From Candidatus Omnitrophota bacterium (GTDB lineage Bacteria > Omnitrophota > Omnitrophia > Omnitrophales > Aquincolibacteriaceae), in the NCBI GenBank assembly GCA_041674705.1, contig JBAYVF010000001.1:1238-65237 (forward strand): a DNA stretch of 64,000 nucleotides, read 5' to 3'. The stretch's first letter is position 1. The number at the start of each line of letters is the position of its first letter. Below are positions 1-7,427 of this stretch, in pieces. The position numbers were made by a program, and so were the translations under genes. The notes below the pieces were generated by a model, which searched no databases, was not told the DNA's origin, and saw only the letters and a program-made list of their open reading frames with translations.

Positions 1-1002
1 GCCACTCTGGGAATGTTCAAGGCAAAGGACGAGGAGGAGTTTTTGGTCTGCGATCCCTGGAAATTATCTCCGGAGCTTCAGCCGGACGGCAGACCCTCGA
101 GTGAGAAGGCCAAGGAGATGATCGGAAAGGCCGTGCGTGAAGGCTCTCATTTTTTTGAATGGGTCCACAAGCGGGTGAATGGCGAGATTTTTTTTGCGGA
201 AGTGTTGCTGTCGAGAATCGACCTGGGCGGAAAAGTATTCCTGCAGGCAGTGGTCAGGGATATTACCGAGCGCAAGGCAACCGAGAGGGAGATCCGGCGC
301 GCAGAACTGCTCAAACATTCCTCGGAGATCAAATCAAAATTTACCTTGATGGTCTCTCACGAGCTTCGGAGTCCGCTCGCGGTCATCAAGGAGGCCCTGA
401 GCGTTGTTTTGGATGAGATGGCAGGAAATATAAGTGACGAGCAAAAAAAAATTTTAGGAATGGCGAAAACAAACGCCGATCGATTGGGCCGTTTGATCAA
501 TAACGTTTTGGATTTTCAGAAGATCGAGTCCGGAAAAATGGAGTATGACATGGCGGATCATGATATCCGCGAGGTAATTCAGGAGGCCTCGGAGAGTCTG
601 AGGGTTTTGGCGGTTCAAAAGGGTTTGAATTTCAGGGTGGAGTCCGGGGACCTTTTACCCAAGGTGAAATTTGACCGGGATAAGTTCATCCAGGTGGTGA
701 CCAACCTGGCCGGCAACGCCATAAAATTTACCGAAAAAGGAGGTGTGACGGTCAGCCTTCATCGGGAACATAACGAGATCCATGTGCAGATCCGGGATAC
801 CGGGCCGGGCATCAAGGCCGAAGATATTCCCCGGCTCTTTCAGCCCTTTGAGCAGCTTGATCAAGAAGGGGGCAGGGTCAAAGGCGGGACGGGTCTGGGC
901 CTGGCGATTTCCAGAGAAATCATTCTTGCGCACCACGGGAAAATTTGGGCCGAATCCCAGTTGGGCTCAGGGACCGTTCTTCACTTCACCTTGCCTCTCT
1001 GA
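1..1002 (+). CDS. Sensor histidine kinase (PAS + HisKA + HATPase_c); N-terminus lies outside the window
   Basis: The frame is open back to position 1. PAS core HFFEWVHKRVNGEIFFAEVLL...AVVRDITERK, H-box MVSHELRSPL, N-box TNLAGNAIKFT, G1 DTGPGI, G2 GGTGLGLAISREI. Confidence 0.85.
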   Translation, partial: ATLGMFKAKDEEEFLVCDPWKLSPELQPDGRPSSEKAKEMIGKAVREGSHFFEWVHKRVNGEIFFAEVLLSRIDLGGKVFLQAVVRDITERKATEREIRRAELLKHSSEIKSKFTLMVSHELRSPLAVIKEALSVVLDEMAGNISDEQKKILGMAKTNADRLGRLINNVLDFQKIESGKMEYDMADHDIREVIQEASESLRVLAVQKGLNFRVESGDLLPKVKFDRDKFIQVVTNLAGNAIKFTEKGGVTVSLHREHNEIHVQIRDTGPGIKAEDIPRLFQPFEQLDQEGGRVKGGTGLGLAISREIILAHHGKIWAESQLGSGTVLHFTLPL

Positions 1003-1070
1003 AGCAGAGGCCGGGAAGTCTTGAGAGTGGTTGAAATGAGCTGTCAGCGGATCCTGTCTTAAGCAAAAAC

Positions 1071-2363
1071 TCAGGTGAGTTTGAGCCTTTTAACGGTCAC
1101 ATAAGTTACCGCGAAGATCCCCGCCTCGATCACAATGGTCGCGATCGCTGCTCCCACATAAGAAAAAGAAACGATCAAAAGAAAGATCAGGGGCAGGCCG
1201 ATCATGGCCATCATCACGTGAATCCTCGAATAAAGCTGTGTCTTTCCGCAGACCAAGAGGAACTGGACGCGGAACGCGTTCGCGCTGATGAAAAGCACGG
1301 CAACGAGGAGAAGCCGGAAAGAGAGAACGGTTTTCGGATAATCCCCGCCAAAGATCGTCCGGATGATCGGATGCGCGAAAACAAAAATAAGCGGCAGGAA
1401 GATAAGCGAGATATTGATCGTGATCAGCTGGATCCGTTGCATGAAATCGTAAGCCCGCGCCTTGCTTTTGTGGAAGATCTTGCTCAGGCGAGGGAAAAGC
1501 GCCTGGGAAAAAGAGGCGAGCGGGAAAGTCTGGCAGAGGCCCGCGAGTTTTTCGGCGATGGAGTAAAATCCCGTGGTCGCGTTATTGGTGAGAAGACCGA
1601 CCGCAAAGATGCGGGTGGTGGTGTAGGCGTTGATCGCGACGATCGAGATGAAGATGTCCCAGCCTGCCGTGAGCTGTCCGCGCAAACTCGTGTAGCCGGG
1701 GAACCGGAACAAGACCCCCAGTTTTTTAAAGGCGATGTATTGCCCCCAAAGTCCGGTGATCAGACTCACACACGAAGTGATGAGCGGGACCATGAGATAA
1801 TCGCGCGGGCCGCGGACAAAAAATAAAATAAAGATCACAGTAAGGATCCCGCCCGCGATATTGAGATCCGCGATATATTTCATTTTTTCCGTACCCTGAA
1901 AGAACCAGACCGGGAAAAGCGTGTTCCCGAGCACCGCGCCAAAGCTTAGCGCGTAAACCATCCAGTCGCTCCTGAATTTCGGAATAAAATAAACCGCGCA
2001 GCTGAGGAGCGCAAGGCTGACGAGCGCCAAGGCGATTTTCATCATCATGACTGACGAAAAAACCTTGCTGACCTCCGCGTGATCGTGCTGGCAAAGGGAA
2101 ATTTCTTTGGTGGCGGAGATACTGAACCCGTAATCGGTCAGGATCATGAAATACTGGACGAAGGCTTGCGCGAAAGCGATCAGGCCGAATTTCTCCGGGC
2201 CGATCACCCGGAAAAGATAGGGAAGGATCAGGACCGGAAGGACATAGGTGATCGCCTGCAGGACTGAAAGCGAGGCGAAATTGTGGAGTACGGTCTTCCG
2301 CTCGTGAGGTTTGGCCAGGCCATAAGTTTTTTTGATCTGACGGATCAGGGAATGCATGACCAA
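1071..2363 (-). CDS. Polysaccharide/oligosaccharide flippase (MOP/Wzx-like polytopic membrane protein)
   Basis: 430-aa ORF made almost entirely of hydrophobic helices with the general look of Wzx/polysaccharide-biosynthesis flippases. Called on family resemblance only; no catalytic motif seen. Confidence 0.65.
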   Translation of the reverse strand: MVMHSLIRQIKKTYGLAKPHERKTVLHNFASLSVLQAITYVLPVLILPYLFRVIGPEKFGLIAFAQAFVQYFMILTDYGFSISATKEISLCQHDHAEVSKVFSSVMMMKIALALVSLALLSCAVYFIPKFRSDWMVYALSFGAVLGNTLFPVWFFQGTEKMKYIADLNIAGGILTVIFILFFVRGPRDYLMVPLITSCVSLITGLWGQYIAFKKLGVLFRFPGYTSLRGQLTAGWDIFISIVAINAYTTTRIFAVGLLTNNATTGFYSIAEKLAGLCQTFPLASFSQALFPRLSKIFHKSKARAYDFMQRIQLITINISLIFLPLIFVFAHPIIRTIFGGDYPKTVLSFRLLLVAVLFISANAFRVQFLLVCGKTQLYSRIHVMMAMIGLPLIFLLIVSFSYVGAAIATIVIEAGIFAVTYVTVKRLKLT

Positions 2364-2485
2364 TTCTCCATTTAAAGATTAAGGGTTAATTGGGCTAGTC
2401 CTGGCGACCTTACATGAAAACAAAATTGGGGCCAGGGCATGACTTTATTATCGGCCCGCCGCCCCCGAAACCCAACCCAAAACGC

Positions 2486-2551
2486 GAGACCACAGACTAC
2501 AGACCATAGACCGCCGCAAGGTCCTGCTGTTAGTCCGCAGTCTGAAGTCTT
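2486..2551. repeat. Imperfect palindrome built from CAGAC/GTCTG-type words
   Basis: Left arm gagaccacagactacagaccatagacc, right arm ggtcctgctgttagtccgcagtctgaagtct, in the spacer upstream of the flippase gene. Confidence 0.6.
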
Positions 2552-2744
2552 GTTATGATAGAATTCTTCCCGAGAAAGGAGACCTCGCCCATGAAAACAC
2601 TTTCTGTTTCCACCTACGCCGCGCTCCGCAAAAGAGTCGGCCTGAACTTTTTTTTTATTTATATCGAAGGTAGTTCAGGCCGTCCTGACTACCCGTCAAA
2701 TTTTAATAATAGTCAGGACGAAGAAACCCCAAGAGGAGCTTGAT

Positions 2745-3905
2745 ATGAAGATCCTTCATGTTTCCACTTATGCGGCGCTTCGGGACAAGGTCCGTGAAAC
2801 CCTTCTCCTCGGCCAGAGGCAGATCGAAGAAGCCAAAGTCCTCACCTACTGGAGAACCGGGCAGATTATGGATCAGCACATCCGGGACCACACTCCGGAA
2901 GGCAAAGAACGCGCCGCTTACAATACCCATGTGGTGGAAAAACTTGCCGGAGACCTCAAGATCAGCGACACGGTGCTCTATCGCTGCGTCCGTTTTGCGC
3001 AGCAGTTCAAGAAAGTGGCCGCGCGGCCACTTTCCTGGGCCCATTACCGCGCGCTGATCACGGTGCCGGATGAAAAAAAGCGTTTGATGCTGGCAGACCG
3101 GGCTTCTAAAGGGGGATGGTCTTCGCGTGACCTCGAGATCGAGGTTCGCAACCTTCTTTGGGATGAACGAGCCGAAGCCTCGGACGGCAAAGCCCCATCA
3201 CTCCTTCCCGTGCCTGTCCTGGGTCCTTTTTACACCTACAAAGTCATTACGCCGGAGAGCATCCATTCCCGCGCCACCGAGCCGCTTCTCGATGTCGGAT
3301 TTTCCGGGACGAAGAAGCTCGGGCAGTTCCAGTCCGCGCGAGCTGTCAAAGGCTCGGCGGATGGTACTTGGGACATAGGGCACAAGTGCACTTCAAAGAA
3401 ATTTCCCGCTGGAACTATTGTCAGCTCTATTAAAGATGCGAAGGGGTATTATTCGCTCCACGCCCCACGCGCCACGAACCACGTGGCCCGTGGCCCGGGA
3501 GACGTGTCCCTGCTTTATACTTACCAAGCCTACGTCACGCGCATCGTGGACGGCGACACGCTCAAACTCGAGATCGACACCGGCTTTGATGACCAGAAAC
3601 ATGAAACGATCCGGCTCCGGGGCATCGATTGCCCGGAACTTAATAAGGACTCCGCCACAAAGAAGGCGGATCCGTCCCTGAGTGGAAGAACGATTCAGGG
3701 CGGAGAAGGCCAGGCCGCCAAGCGCTTTGTCGAGCGCGAACTTGGCGCTTGCGAGTCCATTATCCTGAAATCCACCCAGTCCCAGCGAAAGGAAAAGTGG
3801 GGCCGGTATCTCGGCGACATCTTCTATGTGAATAAAGCCGGCCAACAGATCTATCTCAACAACCTCCTCCTTGAAAAGGGGTATGCAGTAAGGGTGAGGG
3901 AATAG
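2745..3905 (+). CDS. DUF1016/YhcG N-terminal domain fused to a staphylococcal-nuclease (SNase/thermonuclease) domain
   Basis: The N-terminal half has the YhcG_N pattern (LTYWRTGQIMDQHI...ERAAYNTHVVEKLAGDL...LSWAHYRALITVPD...GGWSSRDLEIEV). The C-terminal part has the SNase pattern (VTRIVDGDTLKLEI...ETIRLRGIDCPEL...KWGRYLGDIFY...LLLEKGYA). Confidence 0.7.
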   Translation: MKILHVSTYAALRDKVRETLLLGQRQIEEAKVLTYWRTGQIMDQHIRDHTPEGKERAAYNTHVVEKLAGDLKISDTVLYRCVRFAQQFKKVAARPLSWAHYRALITVPDEKKRLMLADRASKGGWSSRDLEIEVRNLLWDERAEASDGKAPSLLPVPVLGPFYTYKVITPESIHSRATEPLLDVGFSGTKKLGQFQSARAVKGSADGTWDIGHKCTSKKFPAGTIVSSIKDAKGYYSLHAPRATNHVARGPGDVSLLYTYQAYVTRIVDGDTLKLEIDTGFDDQKHETIRLRGIDCPELNKDSATKKADPSLSGRTIQGGEGQAAKRFVERELGACESIILKSTQSQRKEKWGRYLGDIFYVNKAGQQIYLNNLLLEKGYAVRVRE

Positions 3906-4212
3906 AATAAAGTGATGTGCCTGTCCTGTCGAAGCGAAGGTGACGATCCCCGGAATTCAAGCAGCCGATTTCCCCTTTAAATTTTAAAGAGCATCACACT
4001 ATTAGTCTGATGCTCTGTTAAAACGGCATCAAATTCGCTGCAAACAGCACAGGAGGGGAGGGTGCAAATTAGCACAGAAGAGATTCTACGCAAAAGCAAT
4101 ACAACTGTAGGTGTCTGCCGATGAAAGTGCCTTTTCAGCTCTTAGAGGTGTATTATCTAATCAGTCGCAACTTTACCTAATGACTACGCCATGCCATCAA
4201 TTAGGATACTTA

Positions 4213-4240
4213 TTGACATGTTGTGCAAATGTTATACAAT
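4213..4240 (+). promoter_or_regulatory. Sigma70-type promoter of the AT-rich island (TTGACA-16 nt-TACAAT)
   Basis: ttgaca at 4213-4218 and tacaat at 4235-4240, about 85 nt upstream of the ATG at 4326. Confidence 0.55.
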
Positions 4241-4250
4241 GCTCTTTGGT

Positions 4251-4300
4251 TAGACGTAGGTAGACACTGGTAGACCTAGGTAGATATAGATAGATGAAAT
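4251..4300 (+). promoter_or_regulatory. Five 10-bp-phased TAGAY direct repeats (putative operator or iteron-like array)
   Basis: tagacgtagg / tagacactgg / tagacctagg / tagatataga / tagatgaaat, starting 11 nt after the -10 box and ending 25 nt before the start codon of the HTH-containing gene. Confidence 0.6.
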
Positions 4301-4325
4301 TGAAAACTAATCAGAAAGAGTAATT

Positions 4326-5360
4326 ATGGATTCTGAAAGCAAAGTGCTTAATGTGAATGAAGCGTCAGAGTTTCTCAAAATTTCGAGGGCGATGCTTTAT
4401 AGGCTAATTAAAGACGGCCAGATAAAAACTATAAAAATCGGCGACTTAACCAAGATTGCAATCGAAGAACTCGAAAGATTTATTAATGCTCAGTCACAGC
4501 AACCTGCCATAAAGGTTAAAGGTGTTTGGTCTAGGAGTAATTTAGAAGACGCCCTCCTAGCTGTTCAAAGAGCAACGGATGAAAAGGTGGGGTTGGTAAT
4601 TATTGATTTATCTGAGGCTGTTTTTGTTACGCCCACTGGCTTGGCTATGTTGTGTAGCATTATAGATCGGACTACTTGGCGTGGAGGAAACGTTCGAATT
4701 AAAGATCCTCAGAATGAGGAATTCAAAGTTTTTTTAAAAAGCATCGGTTTTTGGGATTATTTGCACATTGCTACTTCGCCAGACATTCCCAAGAATATAG
4801 AACCAAATGTGCAGTTGAAGCGGCTTCAAAATCTTGATATCGCTTTAACAGGAAAACTAGTGGAATTCATAGAAAGCTCCATCAGCGTTTCCCCCGGAGT
4901 TTCGTATGTTTTAAGCATGGCACATAATGAATTGATTGAAAATGCTATGGTTCACAGCCAGTCACGACGAGGATGCCTTGTTTGTGCACAGAGCACACCC
5001 AAAAGCAAGCTTCTACGATTGACAGTTCTTGATGAAGGGCAGGGTATCCGTTCCTCTCTGATGGAATCTTATCCGAAAATCGAAAATGATATCGCTGCCA
5101 TCAAACTTGCCGTCCAAGAGGGTGTAGGTGCTCGCAAAACAGAAGATAGAGGATTGGGGCTTCATGAGATTTTAAAATTCGTAAAAGTGAATGATGGCGA
5201 ATTGACCATAATTTCTGGGCATGGGAAAGTTATTTTTAAAAGGGAAGAAGTTCTAGAGGAAAAATTAAAGACCAATTGGAGCGGAACCATTGTTGAAGTT
5301 CGATTAAATCAAGACAAAGAAAGTTTTTATAGGTTGTCTTCCGAAGAAAGGACTTTTTAA
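4326..5360 (+). CDS. HTH (excisionase/MerR-type) + STAS-like domain + GHKL ATPase (RsbW/SpoIIAB-like kinase) fusion protein
   Basis: HTH at aa 8-55 (LNVNEASEFLKISRAMLYRLIKDGQIKTIKIG). STAS-like segment VGLVIIDLSEAVFVTPTGLAMLCSII...FLKSIGFWDYL. GHKL N-box ELIENAMVH, G1 LDEGQGI, G2 DRGLGLHEI. Confidence 0.7.
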   Translation: MDSESKVLNVNEASEFLKISRAMLYRLIKDGQIKTIKIGDLTKIAIEELERFINAQSQQPAIKVKGVWSRSNLEDALLAVQRATDEKVGLVIIDLSEAVFVTPTGLAMLCSIIDRTTWRGGNVRIKDPQNEEFKVFLKSIGFWDYLHIATSPDIPKNIEPNVQLKRLQNLDIALTGKLVEFIESSISVSPGVSYVLSMAHNELIENAMVHSQSRRGCLVCAQSTPKSKLLRLTVLDEGQGIRSSLMESYPKIENDIAAIKLAVQEGVGARKTEDRGLGLHEILKFVKVNDGELTIISGHGKVIFKREEVLEEKLKTNWSGTIVEVRLNQDKESFYRLSSEERTF

Positions 5361-5362
5361 TC

Positions 5363-5677
5363 ATGATTAATATTAACATTAAAGATCACTATGGCAAAGA
5401 AATCGGCGGGCGAGAAGCAGGGCAAAGATTAAGACTATTTTTAGAAGATAATTGGTCTAGTACGGATAGATTCGAAGTAGATTTCGACCAAAACAAAATA
5501 GCATCCATCTCTTTTTTTGATGAGGTATTCGGGAAACTGGTTTTTAAATATGCTCCATCGGAATTGAAAACTAAATTAGTTTTAAAAAATATTGACCCAC
5601 TTGATAAGGAGCTTCTTAATTCGGTGATTAACGATAGAAGCAAGGGGAAAAACAAAACTGACGAGAATTTAAAATGA
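5363..5677 (+). CDS. Small STAS-like protein (DUF4325-type)
   Basis: 104 aa; starts 3 nt after the upstream stop codon. The pattern FEVDFDQNKIASISFFDEVFGKLV matches my recollection of the DUF4325 STAS-like family. Confidence 0.55.
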   Translation: MININIKDHYGKEIGGREAGQRLRLFLEDNWSSTDRFEVDFDQNKIASISFFDEVFGKLVFKYAPSELKTKLVLKNIDPLDKELLNSVINDRSKGKNKTDENLK

Positions 5678-5734
5678 GACAGAAGTAGAACCCTCTTGAA
5701 GGGTGATATCGTCTGGAATTTTGTATTGTTGAGG

Positions 5735-5768
5735 CGGTTTCCTTTTTGAGAGAGGGAACCGTTTTTTT
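5735..5768 (+). terminator. Possible intrinsic terminator or attenuator between island genes 2 and 3
   Basis: Bulged stem cggtttcc / ggaaccg followed by a T7 run (5762-5768). Confidence 0.35.
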
Positions 5769-5784
5769 GTTGGGGATTGAGTTT

Positions 5785-6396
5785 ATGAAAAAACAGCGAA
5801 ATCGAACGCTAGAACACAAGTTTGTTACCGACCTGAATAGAAAAAAGGGTGAATACTCAAGAGTAGAAAAACGACTCGTTAAGGAAATTCAAGAAGTTTA
5901 CCGACTAATATTTTATGGGGTCGATAAGATTAAGGCATCAAAATATCTAATGAATTGGGAGTCTTCCGCCCTTCTATCAAATGACAGGAATAATCTAATT
6001 CGGCTTGGTGTGATTAGCGAGGCAACTAAAATTGAATCATGGATAAACTGGATAGTCATTAATAATTTTATTGATGGAAGCTTATATACGTACAGACATA
6101 AAAAATACAAATTGTTTGAAAAAAAAGTGCTGGGTAAACTTAACTTAGCTTCAAAAATTGAGCTAGTACTGAAGATAACAGCAATACCGCCACACATTAA
6201 GACGACTCTGAACGAGCTGAGGAAAATACGAAATTGTATGGCGCACGAGCAATTTCCTGGGTTGGAAACAAGTGATGAGCGAGTTTTGTATCAGAGAAGA
6301 AATATATTGGACCTGAATACATTTAAAAATTTTCTGAGGGATTGCGATGTGCTGAATGATTTTTTAATGGAGAAAGCTACTGGCTTGCGCCCATAG
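5785..6396 (+). CDS. HEPN-like protein (Rx4H motif, Abi-type)
   Basis: Helical protein with LNELRKIRNCMAHEQ (R162-H167 in ORF-track numbering, nt 6229-6246), the RNxxAH form of the HEPN motif. I prefer the ATG at 5785 (GGGGA 9 nt upstream) over the track start at 5746, which overlaps the hairpin. Confidence 0.55.
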   Translation: MKKQRNRTLEHKFVTDLNRKKGEYSRVEKRLVKEIQEVYRLIFYGVDKIKASKYLMNWESSALLSNDRNNLIRLGVISEATKIESWINWIVINNFIDGSLYTYRHKKYKLFEKKVLGKLNLASKIELVLKITAIPPHIKTTLNELRKIRNCMAHEQFPGLETSDERVLYQRRNILDLNTFKNFLRDCDVLNDFLMEKATGLRP

Positions 6397-6485
6397 CTGA
6401 CTTAGAATCGTTAACAATGGTTTGCTTTCGCATTTCTTTTTAAGAGGAACCGCTTTTTTATTTTAAGATTAATAGGGGAAATTAT

Positions 6486-7427
6486 ATGTCGGCACAGTGT
6501 CCTTTCTGCAAAAAAGAACCGGATAAGATAACGCCTTTTACGAACAGGGATTGCTCAACGATTTTTTGTAAACGATGCGGAGAGTTTGCAATAACAGGCT
6601 CATTGTTATCTTCTTATGCTGACTTGGAAGAGAAAAGTCATTTGTTTTCTGGTGTTCTTCGTTGGAGAAAAGAGGGAGGTCTTAAAAGCGGAGAAATTTT
6701 AACTTCGCATACAATCAAAGAGATTTTGCAGAGCACAGAAATTCCTCAAAAAATCCCTGAAAAAATCGATAGGCTTATTTATTATATCGGTCTTAACAGC
6801 CCTACCTTCGGCGCTTCTGTCTCAATAAAGCCAGACGACGATTACTCCTTAACTTTTTCTCCTTCCGAAGACGAGCTTCACGAAATCCTTTTATTTCTGG
6901 AGAGAGATAGGCTCATCGAGCCAGCTATGGATTTTATGGGTAATGTTGCAGCCATCGAGACGCAATTATCTTACGAGGAAATGGTTCAATGCAAATTTAC
7001 AATGCAAGGGTGGAAGAGGTTTTACGAGTTGGAAAGAAAAGGCGTAGATTCAAAGCAATGTTTTGTAGCGATGAATTTTGATAATGAATTTGATTCTGCA
7101 TATCAAAAAATTAGTGAAGCTATAGAAGATTGCGGATTTAAAGCTTACAGAACGAAAGGATTTTCAATAGACGATGTCAACGACCTTATTATCGCGGGTA
7201 TTAAAGAAAGCGCTTTTGTCGTAGCCGACTTTACGGGGCAGAAGCCGGGTGTTTATTTTGAGGCTGGGTTTGCTCGTGGATTAGGGAAAAAGGTTATTTG
7301 GACATGTAGGGAGGAAGAGAAAGACAAGTTGCATTTTGATACGCGACAATTTAATCACATCTTGTGGAAAGACGTTGAAGAGTTAAAGAGCAAACTACAA
7401 ACAAGTATTCGAGCCAATATAATTTGA
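6486..7427 (+). CDS. Zinc-ribbon protein with a C-terminal nucleoside 2-deoxyribosyltransferase/TIR-like Rossmannoid domain
   Basis: N-terminal CPFC...CKRC. C-terminal CFVAMNFDNEF...AFVVADFTGQKPGVYFEAGFARGLGKKVIWTC...LHFDTRQFNHILW, matching the FVxMxF / ADxT / NVxxExGxAxGxGK / FD pattern of NDT-like (TIR-like) domains. Confidence 0.6.
   Translation: MSAQCPFCKKEPDKITPFTNRDCSTIFCKRCGEFAITGSLLSSYADLEEKSHLFSGVLRWRKEGGLKSGEILTSHTIKEILQSTEIPQKIPEKIDRLIYYIGLNSPTFGASVSIKPDDDYSLTFSPSEDELHEILLFLERDRLIEPAMDFMGNVAAIETQLSYEEMVQCKFTMQGWKRFYELERKGVDSKQCFVAMNFDNEFDSAYQKISEAIEDCGFKAYRTKGFSIDDVNDLIIAGIKESAFVVADFTGQKPGVYFEAGFARGLGKKVIWTCREEEKDKLHFDTRQFNHILWKDVEELKSKLQTSIRANII

Noticed and set aside
2555-2743. 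62-aa ORF upstream of the DUF1016-SNase gene as a real gene
   Set aside because: Only its first 17 or so residues resemble anything (the downstream gene start). The rest runs through AT-rich hairpin DNA. I treat it as a duplication scar or leader, not a protein gene.
5746-5784. Track start codon (5746) for the HEPN-like gene
   Set aside because: It would place the first 13 codons inside the hairpin and T-run. The ATG at 5785 has a GGGGA SD-like sequence at suitable distance. This remains uncertain.
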